Assembly: GCA_964575955.1 (NCBI GenBank)
Contig: CAZNTG010000006.1
Coordinates: 544,001 to 608,000 of the forward strand
Origin: an uncultured Thermoproteaceae archaeon
GTDB lineage: Archaea > Thermoproteota > Thermoprotei > Thermoproteales > Thermocladiaceae
DNA length: 64,000 bases
Reading direction: 5' to 3'
Shown one piece after another: positions 30,399-41,400 of this stretch. A program made the position numbers and the translations under genes. The stretch's first letter is position 1, and every line of letters starts with the position of its first letter. The notes beneath the pieces were generated by a model. It saw only the letters and a program-made list of their open reading frames with translations. It was not told where the DNA came from and ran no database searches.

Positions 30399-31152
30399 CA
30401 TACTTGGACTAGGTGGATGGATATCACATCCTGCCTTAGATACAGTATCCATAGTTGTAGAGATTGAAAATTTTAAAATATTGATAGATTGTGGAGAAGC
30501 AATATTGAAAAGATTGCATACTGCAGGTCTCAATATTGAAGATATAGATATACTAGTAGTGACTCATAGTCATGGAGATCATTCATTAGGATTTCCAAGT
30601 ATAGTATTGTGGTCTGCATATAGACAGAAGAAGATTAAATTAATAACACTTGAAGACACTTATAAAGATCTATTAAAACTTCTTGAAGCAACACATATAG
30701 AACATCATAAAGATACTATTGAGTCAATATGTATAAAATCTGCTAAAGAACCTGTAGAAATATTCTCAAATGAGAAGGTGAGAATTAAAGTTGTTGAAGT
30801 AGATCATACAATACCATGTATAGCAATTAGAGTAGAAGATACTCATGGTAGATCCATTGTCTATAGTGGAGATACAAGACCTTGTGAAAGTATTGTAAAG
30901 TTAGCAAAGAACTGTGATGTATTGATATATGAAACATCTACAAAAAATTTAAAATGTAGAGAACATGGTCATTCAACAGTTGATGATAGTCTTGAAATAG
31001 CATTGAAATGTGGATGTAAAATTCTAATACCAATACACTACTACACAACTTTCGACATAGTGTATAAAATTCGTGATGATAATGGTGTTAATGTGTTAAT
31101 ACCTACACAATATGTTTGGTATGATGTTGATAAATTGTTAGAATCTATATAG
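30388..31152 (+). CDS. MBL-fold hydrolase, RNase Z-like
   Basis: DCGE, THSHGDH, YSGDTRP, HGHST, PIHY. Confidence 0.85.
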   Translation: MKFNILGLGGWISHPALDTVSIVVEIENFKILIDCGEAILKRLHTAGLNIEDIDILVVTHSHGDHSLGFPSIVLWSAYRQKKIKLITLEDTYKDLLKLLEATHIEHHKDTIESICIKSAKEPVEIFSNEKVRIKVVEVDHTIPCIAIRVEDTHGRSIVYSGDTRPCESIVKLAKNCDVLIYETSTKNLKCREHGHSTVDDSLEIALKCGCKILIPIHYYTTFDIVYKIRDDNGVNVLIPTQYVWYDVDKLLESI

Positions 31153-32050
31153 GTCTTACTGATACATTCATGCTAAATTTTGTAGGTATTTGTCTTCTAA
31201 CTTCACTAATAACTTTATCAAATACTTGTGTAGGTGTTAACAATATTACTCTATCAATAATGTTTAATCTCAATAATTTTGAAATTTTCTTAAGAGTTTT
31301 TGATAATATTGTTGGCATTATTGTTGCAGATTTTCTAATCTTCTTAACACCTATCTTTGAAAAACCTACTAGGAATAAGTCGAAGACTGTGCTATATTCT
31401 ATATGATTTCTTAAAGCTAGGTAACCTCTATCAACATATTTTCTCCATATTTCATATAGAGTTTCTTCATATATATTACATCTCATATTTATTCTATATC
31501 TAGCATGTTTGTGAAAGTAGTATTCTAAGTCATTTATGTCTAATATATTTAACAACTTATTATTCTTCCATGACAATCTATCAATCTCTAGAAAGTATGC
31601 ATTTAGACCTGTAGATTTAAGTCTACTCCATATATGGTATGCTACTTTATCATTTCTATTTGTTGTTAATATTAGAGGTAGGTACTTACCATATTGTTCA
31701 AGAACTAGATCTACTAAAACGCCATTAACAATAGGTTTAAAATGTACTGAATATCCTACTTTTGATAAATATTTACCTATTAGGAAATGTATTTGACGTT
31801 CTATTTGACCCCAACCTAGCATCTTCTCATACTTTCTAACATTTTCATAATATGTTCTATTTAGATCGGGTATTACTATCTGTGTGATATATCTTTCTAA
31901 AAATTCTCTACTAATCTTCAACTCCTGTATCTCTGATAGTATATTTTGTAGAATTGATCTCGGTATATCATCAAGCTTTATACTATACTTCTCTTCTAGT
32001 ACTGTTAATATTGTTGTTAAAGCTTCTTGAATAGATATGTCACTCCTCAT
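31145..32050 (-). CDS. hypothetical protein, possibly with degenerate PD-(D/E)xK-like domains
   Basis: 301-aa ORF; E...YL...GY...VDLV segment resembles the restriction-endonuclease fold. Confidence 0.6.
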   Translation of the reverse strand: MRSDISIQEALTTILTVLEEKYSIKLDDIPRSILQNILSEIQELKISREFLERYITQIVIPDLNRTYYENVRKYEKMLGWGQIERQIHFLIGKYLSKVGYSVHFKPIVNGVLVDLVLEQYGKYLPLILTTNRNDKVAYHIWSRLKSTGLNAYFLEIDRLSWKNNKLLNILDINDLEYYFHKHARYRINMRCNIYEETLYEIWRKYVDRGYLALRNHIEYSTVFDLFLVGFSKIGVKKIRKSATIMPTILSKTLKKISKLLRLNIIDRVILLTPTQVFDKVISEVRRQIPTKFSMNVSVRPI

Positions 32051-32098
32051 TGCTACTACTTTCAGGTTTTCTCATGTAGACATGTTTTAAAAAGATAT

Positions 32099-32617
32099 CT
32101 ATCTGAAAATTTCAGAAAGTAGGTGTTCCATTATCGGTATAATTATCCTCTCGATAGCAAGTTCGACAGCATCTGGAGATCCAGGTAGGCAGAATACTGC
32201 ACATTCATCACATATGTATGCTCCAGCTCTACTCATTATAGCATGAATACCAATTCTCTCTTCACTTAACCTTCTGAAGAGTTCTCCAAATCCTGGAAGT
32301 TCTCTACATATAGAAGAGACTGCATCTACAGTTCTATCTCTTTTAGAAGGTCCTGTACCTCCAATAGTAATTATTATATTTGCGTTAAATGTTTTTGATA
32401 ATACCTTTATATACGCTCTTACTATATCTTCATCATTTGGAATATATATTGGATTGTAAACTTTTATATTATTCTTCTTAAATATCTCGTATGCTTTTCT
32501 ACCACTCTCATCTTCAATATTTGACGATTCTATAAGCATTCTAAATCTAGAATTACTAACTACGAGTATTGCAACTCTCGGCTCAACCTTAACAATCTCA
32601 TGTCTTGGTTTAAACAT
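32099..32617 (-). CDS. moaB: Molybdenum cofactor biosynthesis protein MoaB/Mog
   Basis: DESG, TIGGTG...RD.T, LPGFGELFR, SRAGA, LPGSP. Confidence 0.92.
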   Translation of the reverse strand: MFKPRHEIVKVEPRVAILVVSNSRFRMLIESSNIEDESGRKAYEIFKKNNIKVYNPIYIPNDEDIVRAYIKVLSKTFNANIIITIGGTGPSKRDRTVDAVSSICRELPGFGELFRRLSEERIGIHAIMSRAGAYICDECAVFCLPGSPDAVELAIERIIIPIMEHLLSEIFR

Positions 32618-32675
32618 TTAGATCATTAAGAAATCTCTAGTTATCTTAAAAATTCTGTCAATCAGCTACTTACTA

Positions 32676-33422
32676 ATGGAAATTCCATGTAGAGTAAATG
32701 CAATATTTATGGACTATGATGGAACTATAGCACCTGTCGATGTGTCTAGAGAAGAGTCTAGAGTATTTCCAGAAGTTGAGAGTGTTCTAGTAGAATTGTC
32801 AAAATATATACCACTCGCAATTGTAACAACAAAATCTTTCGCATTTATAAAACCAAGAACAGAAAAATTTGCACATGCATGGGCATGTTCTAATGGTGTT
32901 GAGATAGTATTGAAAGATGGTAGGAGAATAGTTCCCTGTGATGTATATGAAAGAGAGAGATTTATGAAAGAAATTGTAACATATGCAAGAGAGAAATTAC
33001 AAAACTATGATGTTATATTTGAAGAGAAGTGGGCAGGTACAACACTTGTAGGATTGTGTATTGATTGGAGAATATCTAAAAATCCACCACCAAGACATAT
33101 TATTGATGATATTATTTCAAAAGCTTTAGAGAAGGGTTTGAAAGTTATTAAATATGAAGGTCACCCATTCATAGACATCTTCAGTGCTGCATATGATAAA
33201 GCATTTGCAGTTGAAGCATTGAAGAGACTTATGAATATTGAAGAACCAATAATGTATCTTGGAGATTCTGAAAATGATAATCCAGCCTTTGAAATAGTTT
33301 CAGTTCCTGTAGCAGTAATACATGAGAGAAATAGGAATTCACCACTTAAAGCTAAGTATAGAATTGAGCAAAGAGATTTACCAAAACTTCTAAGACAGGT
33401 ATTGGACTGTGTTAGAAAGTAA
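32676..33422 (+). CDS. HAD-superfamily hydrolase subfamily IIB
   Basis: FMDYDGT, YDKA, YLGDSEND. Confidence 0.88.
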   Translation: MEIPCRVNAIFMDYDGTIAPVDVSREESRVFPEVESVLVELSKYIPLAIVTTKSFAFIKPRTEKFAHAWACSNGVEIVLKDGRRIVPCDVYERERFMKEIVTYAREKLQNYDVIFEEKWAGTTLVGLCIDWRISKNPPPRHIIDDIISKALEKGLKVIKYEGHPFIDIFSAAYDKAFAVEALKRLMNIEEPIMYLGDSENDNPAFEIVSVPVAVIHERNRNSPLKAKYRIEQRDLPKLLRQVLDCVRK

Positions 33423-34797
33423 GTGCTTTATATAGTGTTGAAACGTCTTTAATATCTTCAATATTTTTAACAATATTAACTATCTCATTAATCCTATCTC
33501 TAGAGTAGTATTGTTTTGAAAGTTTTATAAATTTATACTTGACATCTTCAAAAGACATAGGATTCTTAGGATGTCCTAATGGATAGTCAATTCTACATTC
33601 AGCTTCTCTACCATCTTTCAATCTAACTCTAACCTTATTTGGTATTGCTTCAGGATATGTTCTATCAATATCAGGATCTACATATATCTTAATCTTCTTC
33701 ATTAAACTTAATATTTGAGGATCTCTAATCTTCTCAAATTCATAATGCTCAAGCCAGACTTCACCATATATGAGTGATGTTGCTACAATCCATGGTAAAC
33801 TATGATCTGCAGTCTCCTTAGTTTTTGGATCCCACTTCTCTGGATCTTTAACAATAATCTCATAACCAACTCTAAATGTTCCAACTTCAATAAAGTCAAC
33901 ATCATCTACTGTGAAATTTCCAAGTTTACTTCTAATAACTTGACAAGCTTCTACAGCAGTTTGTGAATGTATTTCTACAGGATAGTGTTTTATTATTGTT
34001 TCACATACTTTGTATGGTTTTGGTATATTTTCTAGATCTTTTATAGGTTTTTCATCAATTTCATTATTTAATAGTTGTTTTATAAAAGCCATCTCACCTC
34101 TAAATGGCTTATCAGGACCTGTAATACCTGATTCTGCAAGTATGCATGAATATACTGCATGTTTTACAGCATCAGCTGTTGCAAATGCTTTCCAATTACT
34201 AAGTTCTCCAACTCTAGATTGTCTCATTGCTGCATGTGCACATGCAGCGATAGATAGAGCTTCACTAAGCTTCTTCTCATCTAGGTGAAGTAATTTTCCT
34301 ACTGAGAGAGATGTTGCAATCGTAATATAGTTAACATGATCCCAACCATGAATTCTCAAACTTCCAAAATCACATAATCTACAGCCAATCTCATATGCAA
34401 GTGCTATACTTGTTATGAAAGTTTTACCATCTACATGTTTCATAGATGCTATAGCTAGTAATGTACCAATCATATCGCTTGGATGTAATGGCTCTTTTGA
34501 TAGATATGTATCATTAAAATCTAGATATCTAACCATTCCAGTATTTAGAAAACAAGTCCACTCAATTGGTATTGATGTAGTACTAAACATGTATGGATAA
34601 CATAGAGCATTACTACATGAAAATTTTTCAACAAGTCTCCTAACTTTAACTATTGGATCTGCAAAATATGATGGTACTGCAACACCAATACTATCTAATA
34701 TTCTAAGCTTTATCTCATTAATAGTCTTATCAGGAATATCGTCATATTCTAGCTCAATTGCATACTTTACAAGTATTTTTGTAATATCATCTTTCAT
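33412..34797 (-). CDS. prpD: MmgE/PrpD-family 2-methylcitrate dehydratase
   Basis: VRYLDFNDT, HPSD, GWDHV, GELSNWKA, ETADHSLP, PLGHP. Confidence 0.92.
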   Translation of the reverse strand: MKDDITKILVKYAIELEYDDIPDKTINEIKLRILDSIGVAVPSYFADPIVKVRRLVEKFSCSNALCYPYMFSTTSIPIEWTCFLNTGMVRYLDFNDTYLSKEPLHPSDMIGTLLAIASMKHVDGKTFITSIALAYEIGCRLCDFGSLRIHGWDHVNYITIATSLSVGKLLHLDEKKLSEALSIAACAHAAMRQSRVGELSNWKAFATADAVKHAVYSCILAESGITGPDKPFRGEMAFIKQLLNNEIDEKPIKDLENIPKPYKVCETIIKHYPVEIHSQTAVEACQVIRSKLGNFTVDDVDFIEVGTFRVGYEIIVKDPEKWDPKTKETADHSLPWIVATSLIYGEVWLEHYEFEKIRDPQILSLMKKIKIYVDPDIDRTYPEAIPNKVRVRLKDGREAECRIDYPLGHPKNPMSFEDVKYKFIKLSKQYYSRDRINEIVNIVKNIEDIKDVSTLYKALTF

Positions 34798-34863
34798 AGG
34801 TTGATGTATCTAATTGATAAGAGAGATAAACTTTACCTAGAAGGTTAAAATTTGACATTTAGA

Positions 34864-35232
34864 TTAGCCTGTACTCTCCCGTAGAATATCTCTATACAAT
34901 CTTAACCATGTATATATACTTTCACCACCTGCAACAACCTTACTCTTCATCAATCTATAAGCACTAGTGTACTTCTTAAATACTAGATATGCATAGTATG
35001 CATTCAATTTAGCACGAATAACATTAGTCCTGTTACTGGTAGCTTGAAGTAGTGCTATGTGATAAGCATATCTCTCCTTCTTATTAGTAGAGGAAGAATC
35101 CCAAGCATTTACAAGCTTCTCTAAGAAGTTTATGAACTCGTCAATATGAGAGTCGTATGGCTGCTTAACATTCTTCTGTAAAATCTCTCTAATATACTCC
35201 TTCCAATCTTTCTCTGCACTAGAGGTTGACAT
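34864..35232 (-). CDS. hypothetical protein
   Basis: 122-aa ORF with host-like codon usage and an upstream TTTAAG box. Confidence 0.7.
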   Translation of the reverse strand: MSTSSAEKDWKEYIREILQKNVKQPYDSHIDEFINFLEKLVNAWDSSSTNKKERYAYHIALLQATSNRTNVIRAKLNAYYAYLVFKKYTSAYRLMKSKVVAGGESIYTWLRLYRDILRESTG

Positions 35233-35288
35233 TGATCAATAATTGAAAGTATAAGCTTAAAAGCTTTACCATAAACAAGAAACACAAG

Positions 35289-35338
35289 ATGATGAACACC
35301 GCCCTCACAGATACCATGAAGAACCACGCAAACACTGA
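35289..35338 (+). ncRNA. box C/D sRNA
   Basis: ATGATGA-ACACCGCCCTCA-CAGA-TACC-ATGAAGA-ACCACGCAAACA-CTGA. Confidence 0.9.
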
Positions 35339-35387
35339 AAGAAACATGTAGATACTAACTGTAAAATAGTTAGGAAGACACAAATAC

Positions 35388-35437
35388 TCAGACTAGGCTG
35401 AAATCTTCATTTCATCTGCATCGCCTGGGCTCATCAC
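35388..35437 (-). ncRNA. box C/D sRNA
   Basis: Minus strand GTGATGA-GCCCAGGCGATG-CAGA-TGAA-ATGAAGA-TTTCAGCCTAGT-CTGA. Confidence 0.9.
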
Positions 35438-35475
35438 TGTTATAGTTAAGTCCGACTTCAAGATATATCTCTTTT

Positions 35476-36801
35476 GTGATTGAGAAGAAGATCAATGATA
35501 TTAGATTAGAAATCTCTAAACTAATAGAGAAGTTTCACATACCATGCCTATCTATTGGAATACTATCTAAAGATGTTGAATATTTTCTAAATTTTGGATT
35601 TAAAGATTTAGAGAAGTGTAAACCAGTTAATGAATATACACTATTCTGTATAGCATCTATAACTAAAATGTTCGCATCATTATTAACATTAAAGATTCAA
35701 GAACTTGGAAAATTGAGTATTTATGATAAAATTTCAAAGTATATACAATTAAAATGTCTAGAAGATGTAACTATTGAAAATCTACTATCACATACATCAG
35801 GAATACCAGCAATATGCTATGCTGAAAATGTTATAAATAACATTATTAAAAGAAGATCAACTCCATATACAGATATTGAAAATGTTATAAATCTATTTAA
35901 CATAGTTTCAAGATATTATAAACCAGGTGAGAAGTTTCTATATTTAAATGAGGGTTACCTAGTAGTTGAGAAAATTCTAGAGAAAGTATGTAATGAAGAT
36001 TTTGAGAAATTAATGAGAAAATACATATTAGATCCATTAGATATGTCTAGAACAGGTTTTAAATTAGATAACTTAGAAGATATAGCAACACCATACCTAT
36101 ATAGGAGAGGTAGATATTACAAATATTCAATACCACTATGCATACGTGGAGATGGTGGTTTAATAAGTTGTTCGAAAGATATGCTTAAGTTTATATTAAT
36201 GTTAATAAATCGTGGAAGATTTAGAGATGTTGAGATAATTTCTAAAGAGAGTATTAATGAGTTTGAGAAAGAGAGAATAAGATTACCATACAATATTCTA
36301 GATGAAGATTACTACTGTCTAGGTCTTGTTAAATCAATACTCAAATCTCAAAATTTAGTAATCTATCATCATAGTGGTTCAATACTTATACATACATCAT
36401 TTCTAGCATATATACCAGATAGACATGTTGGTGTTATAGTTCTACAGTCAGGTTCTAATTATCCTCCAATTTTGATTGGTTTAAAAATAATATCGAAAAT
36501 TTTAGATATTCCTCTAGTATGTATAAAACCTCTATATATAGACTATATCTATAGTAAGCTTGAAGGTAAGTATATATCTCATAGTGGTATCTACAGTGTT
36601 AAAGTTGTTAGGAAAGGCGGATTTTTAACTATAGTTGAAAATTATAGATCTACAATACTTATTCCTGAAGATATTTCTGATAAATATTGCAGATTTTATA
36701 CACTCTCCTCGGATTTTAGGAAGATTTATGCAGAATTTGAAATAGAGGATGATACTGTCCTGTTGAGATTTGAAAGATATTTATTTAAGAAAGTTTACTA
36801 A
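35476..36801 (+). CDS. Serine hydrolase, beta-lactamase class C/Pab87-like peptidase
   Basis: FCIASITK (SxxK), LLSHTSG, FLYLN, PLDM, HHSG. Confidence 0.9.
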   Translation: MIEKKINDIRLEISKLIEKFHIPCLSIGILSKDVEYFLNFGFKDLEKCKPVNEYTLFCIASITKMFASLLTLKIQELGKLSIYDKISKYIQLKCLEDVTIENLLSHTSGIPAICYAENVINNIIKRRSTPYTDIENVINLFNIVSRYYKPGEKFLYLNEGYLVVEKILEKVCNEDFEKLMRKYILDPLDMSRTGFKLDNLEDIATPYLYRRGRYYKYSIPLCIRGDGGLISCSKDMLKFILMLINRGRFRDVEIISKESINEFEKERIRLPYNILDEDYYCLGLVKSILKSQNLVIYHHSGSILIHTSFLAYIPDRHVGVIVLQSGSNYPPILIGLKIISKILDIPLVCIKPLYIDYIYSKLEGKYISHSGIYSVKVVRKGGFLTIVENYRSTILIPEDISDKYCRFYTLSSDFRKIYAEFEIEDDTVLLRFERYLFKKVY

Positions 36802-36956
36802 TCACAACATTTCAACCAATATTTAGCACTGTACTCTGCAATCTTCTTATCAGCATATGTTGCTACTATGTTTCCACATTTCTTACATTTAACATGGTAA
36901 AATACTAGCTCTTTACCTTCAACAACTATCTTCTCTTCAACAATTTCAAAGTTCAT
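36798..36956 (-). CDS. Small 52-aa Cys-containing protein (absent from the ORF track)
   Basis: MNFEIVEEKIVVEGKELVFYHVKCKKCGNIVATYADKKIAEYSAKYWLKCCD; fills the gap exactly and shares a CTTATAAG TATA with the divergent gene. Confidence 0.65.
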   Translation of the reverse strand: MNFEIVEEKIVVEGKELVFYHVKCKKCGNIVATYADKKIAEYSAKYWLKCCD

Positions 36957-37000
36957 GTAGATAGAATTATGAATATCTGCCTTATAAGACTATTAGCGTA

Positions 37001-37207
37001 ATGACAGAGTATCTAGTAGTTAGATGTCCAAAATGTGGTAAAATTTCAGCTATGAAGTTTGGAGTTAGAACACATCAATGTCCATACTGTGGATATGTTA
37101 TGAAGATTGAGGAAGTTGCAATACTTGCTAAAGCAAGGTCAGGTCGTGAAGCTAGAGAGATAATTAAGAGATTGACAACTCCTAAAGGATTGAAAGATAG
37201 AGAATGA
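37001..37207 (+). CDS. Zinc-ribbon protein (DUF1922-like)
   Basis: RCPKCG...CPYCG...AREII. Confidence 0.8.
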   Translation: MTEYLVVRCPKCGKISAMKFGVRTHQCPYCGYVMKIEEVAILAKARSGREAREIIKRLTTPKGLKDRE

Positions 37208-37254
37208 TGAAACAAGGGCGCACCTGAATTGATGAAGAATACGACGGGGTCTGA
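37204..37254 (+). ncRNA. box C/D sRNA
   Basis: ATGATGA (over the upstream stop codon)-AACAAGGGCGCAC-CTGA-ATTG-ATGAAGA-ATACGACGGGGT-CTGA. Confidence 0.9.
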
Positions 37255-37255
37255 A

Positions 37256-37304
37256 TCTGCGTATAGCCCTCTCATCATATCTCAGTGGCCTATCTAATCT
37301 TCAC
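37256..37304 (-). ncRNA. box C/D sRNA
   Basis: Minus strand GTGAAGA-TTAGATAGGCCA-CTGA-GAT-ATGATGA-GAGGGCTATACG-CAGA. Confidence 0.82.
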
Positions 37305-37427
37305 CAGATTAACATAGTTTGAAACATGTTAAATTAGTTTACCATCAAATTTCATGAAGAAGAAATCTCTTTCAACACAAATTTCACATAGATCTCCTTA
37401 AAGATAAACCACTTCAAAGGAGTTTAC

Positions 37428-38420
37428 ATGAGTTTGAGAAACATAGTAATAATATGTCTAATAGTGATAGCAGCAATATCTATAGCAGCTATAGGATATG
37501 TAGTATATGCAAAAGCTGGTAAGAATATAGAGAATAGTTGTAAAAAAGCGAGAATACTAATAAACATAACAGAAAAGACGTTAGAAAAACTTAAACAATA
37601 TATTCAAAGTAAGAATATAGAAAATAAAGCTATAAATAAAATATTGAACAAAACAGAACAATATCTAAATAAAGCTAGAGAATACTTAACATCAGGTAAA
37701 TGTAGTATAGCAATTAGATATGCTATAAAGGCTCTACATATGTGTAAATTAATATACATATTAACGCACCATAGAGTAAATATGAGAGTTAGAGCTATAT
37801 TACCAATAGTTAATAAGATAATACTGCATAATATCTATAGAAAAATAGTACTAATATCTAGATATGTTAAAGTTAACATAACAGAAATTAGATATAGATT
37901 ACAGAAAATATCAAGAATTTGCCTACATAGATGTATAAATAGTTCAACATTACATAAAGGCATTACATGTCTAGTTAAGTGTTATAGATATAATATGAAG
38001 AATTTAAGTAAAGTAATGAAGTATTATAGAGATATAATGTTTACAAAATACATATTAAACATATTGAGAATTTTGAAGAAGAGAATTGAAGCTTTAAATA
38101 TTACAATAATAAGACCGAAGATTGTAGATGGTAGATGTGTGTATGGTAAGATTATTATTAAAGAAGGTGGTAGAGTTATAATTAGTAGAGATTTACCATG
38201 CAATATTACTAAGTGTAATATGTATCTTATGAATATTAGTAAAATTATTGTTACTAGATTAGAGAAGTTGAAGAGGAGGTTAATTATGTTGAGTAAGGTT
38301 ATTCCATTAGTTATTAAGAATGCTAATCTTATAAAGATTATTAAGAAGGGTATTGTTGATGTTATTAATGTTCTAGATAGTAAGATTAGCTATGTTGAGA
38401 AGATTTTAGTTAAGTGTTAG
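37428..38420 (+). CDS. Secreted or membrane-anchored, highly basic Cys-rich hypothetical protein
   Basis: N-terminal hydrophobic signal, K/I/R-rich body with many Cys; GGAG SD upstream. Confidence 0.65.
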   Translation: MSLRNIVIICLIVIAAISIAAIGYVVYAKAGKNIENSCKKARILINITEKTLEKLKQYIQSKNIENKAINKILNKTEQYLNKAREYLTSGKCSIAIRYAIKALHMCKLIYILTHHRVNMRVRAILPIVNKIILHNIYRKIVLISRYVKVNITEIRYRLQKISRICLHRCINSSTLHKGITCLVKCYRYNMKNLSKVMKYYRDIMFTKYILNILRILKKRIEALNITIIRPKIVDGRCVYGKIIIKEGGRVIISRDLPCNITKCNMYLMNISKIIVTRLEKLKRRLIMLSKVIPLVIKNANLIKIIKKGIVDVINVLDSKISYVEKILVKC

Positions 38421-41400
38421 TACTGTTTTTCTTCTTAATCTCTTCAAATAATCCATATTTTCTTGCTTCTTCAAAAAGTTCATTAAGTACCTGTAGATAG
38501 TTTCTCTCTCCTTCTTCTACTTCATCCATTAGTTGTTGTACTATTCTCGTTCTCTCTTCTGAAACTAGGTCTCTAAATTTTCCTAAATCTTTTAGTTTTC
38601 TCAAAATTTCCTCAATTTCAATTTTCCTCTTCTCTCTCTTCTCTTTTGATCTACCTACTTCGAGAAGTTCTCTAGCTGTTGAATCACCTGTCAGGTATAG
38701 ATAAACTTTCAATCCTCTCCTAGTTGGTATTAGGTATTTTGGCTTACCTACAGTTATTGCATATCTTCTTCTTAATATGACCTCTACAATTCTAGCATAT
38801 GTTGATGGTCTTCCAATACCTCTAGCTTTCATTTCAGCAACAACCTCACCTTCAGTTAGTGGCTTTGTCTTTGGTATTAATACAGGTTTTCTAATGACCT
38901 CTTCAATGTGGTATTTTCCTGTTGGTAATTTATTCTCAATTTCAAATAGTTTTAAAATCTTTAGAAAACCTTCATCAACAACATCAGTAATCTTCTCAAC
39001 ATATATAGTTTCAGATTCTCCAGATATTGGATCTCTAATAGTTATTTCATATTTAGATTTTCTAATTTTTGCAGGTTTCATTTGACTTGCTATAAATCTT
39101 CTAAATATCATATCATACATTGCTAGATGTCTAGGTGTTAATCTTATTGCTAGTTGAATTACACCACCAAGTACTAATGCTCTAAGTTCTTCAGCATCTA
39201 TCGGTCTTGTAGGTCTAATACATTCATGAGCACCAATATGACCACCAATAATCCATTGTCTAGGCATGAAGAATTGTTCTCCAAAATTCTTAGCTATATA
39301 CTCTCTAGCAAGTGCTATACCTACTGGAGATACTCTAGTACTGTCAGTTCTGTGGTAAGTTATTAATCCTGATTCGAAAAGTTCTTGAGCAATACTCATA
39401 GCCTCTTCTACACTTATTCTCAATCTAGTAGCTGCATCTCTAAGTAGAGAGTCTGTTGTGTATGGAGGTGGTGGATTTATAGTCTCTTCAAGATCTTCAG
39501 CTATTGGACTAATCTCAACTATTGCACGTTTTTCTAATATCGAATTTCTCAATCTATATTTAGATTTTGGAATTTCTAAAGTAAGCTCAAGACCATTCTC
39601 AAGTCTTATAGATACTACATATACCTTATCTTTTCTAGACTGATCATACCTCTTAATAATCCATCCAAGTACAGGAGTTTGAACTCTACCTGCAGATAGC
39701 GTCTTGTATGTTCTACCAAATAGAACTTCAGATACTTTCCAAAGCTTTTGACTAAGTCCAAAACCTATCCACCTATCTTCAATTCTTCTAATAAGCTGTG
39801 CCTGTACCATACTCTTTCTAACATCTCCAACAGGATTCATTATTGCGTCAAGTATAGCCTTCTTAGTTACTTCATGAAACTCTATACGATATATATTGTT
39901 TAGGTAGGGTCTCAATATCAGGTATATATCCCAGGCAATCTTCTCACCTTCAGCATCTGGGTCGGTACCTATGAGTACTAGATCTACCTCAGTTGCAATA
40001 TCTCTCAAAGCTGTTATTATTGGTTCAGAACTTATTAGAGATGTGCCACATCTAGGACATTTATCAATATCATGACTATAAGTCTCTCCACATCTAGGAC
40101 ACTTCCTGATGATGTTGTAGACTGGTATGAACATACTTCCAATCTTCAAAACTCCAAAGTAGTCTGTTGGTGTTTGATTTATAATTTTGGATAGTGATTC
40201 TCTAACATATTCAACATCTTGTTCAGGAGTTTCAGGTACAAGCTCCCACATATGTCCTTTAGTTGCAGTTACTAGAAGTAGTAAATTTCCTATAGATGAT
40301 TCATATATCTGTAAACCACCAACAAATCTAACGCTAGGTCTACCGAAGAAGCTTGCAATTGTTCTAGCTTTTGTTGGTGATTCAACAACGATTAATGCAG
40401 TCTTCAAGAATTCAAGACCAGTCTCTTCAGGTCTTGCCTTACCTGTAATTATGTCATATACTTTCTTTCTCTCTTCATTAATCTCACTTATCAACTTCTC
40501 TAAATCTACCTGTGATATATGTCTAAATTCAAAACCTTCAATCCTATACTTCAACTCTCTTTCAAGTGCTCTAAATACTTTAAAATCATCAACAACCAAT
40601 ATTGATATACCTTTAGTAACACCACCAACATACATTCTTGAAGTTCTACCACTACCCTGTATGTACGTTGTCACATCTGGTAGTGTTATTATTAGACCTC
40701 TATCATCTCTATCAATTCTAATATCAAGCTTTTCTAAAGTATCTTTAGTAATTTTATTTAGTAGTTTTGATGCAAATTCTATACTAGCTTTAACAACATT
40801 AGCAACATACTTATCAAATCCTGATAACTCTTCTTCTCTACCTTTATCAATAATTTCCAATATCTTACTTAACTGTGATTCAGTTATTCCAACGATAGTT
40901 CTCAATCTTGATATTAGTTTATCTATTTGAATTCTCTCATCTTTTTCAACAACATTTCTAAGAACTAGAAAGAGTGCAATATATCTTCCAGGTCTAAATT
41001 CAGATATGTTTAATCTAAATCTAAGTCTTGGAATACCTGCAAATATTACATACTTAACTCTATGTGGTAGATCTATACCTCTAACAAGTGCTGATCTTGC
41101 AGTTGCGAGACCGATCAATATGTCAATTTCTCCATTTGAAAATGCTTCTAAAATACCCTTCTTAGGTCTTAGATATGCGTAAGCACGAACTCCAAAATCT
41201 TTCAATCTCTTCTCAATGAGCTCAGCAAACTCACGGCCTAGATGTGTAGGTACGTATATTATACCACCATCACCAAGCTTCTTAACTAGCGTAATGATAG
41301 TCTCTACAAGATCTTTCTCAACTTCAACATATATATCAACAACATTTCTCAAACCTTCAGCACGACCACCACTTTCAAAACCTAGAAATTCTCTAAATAG

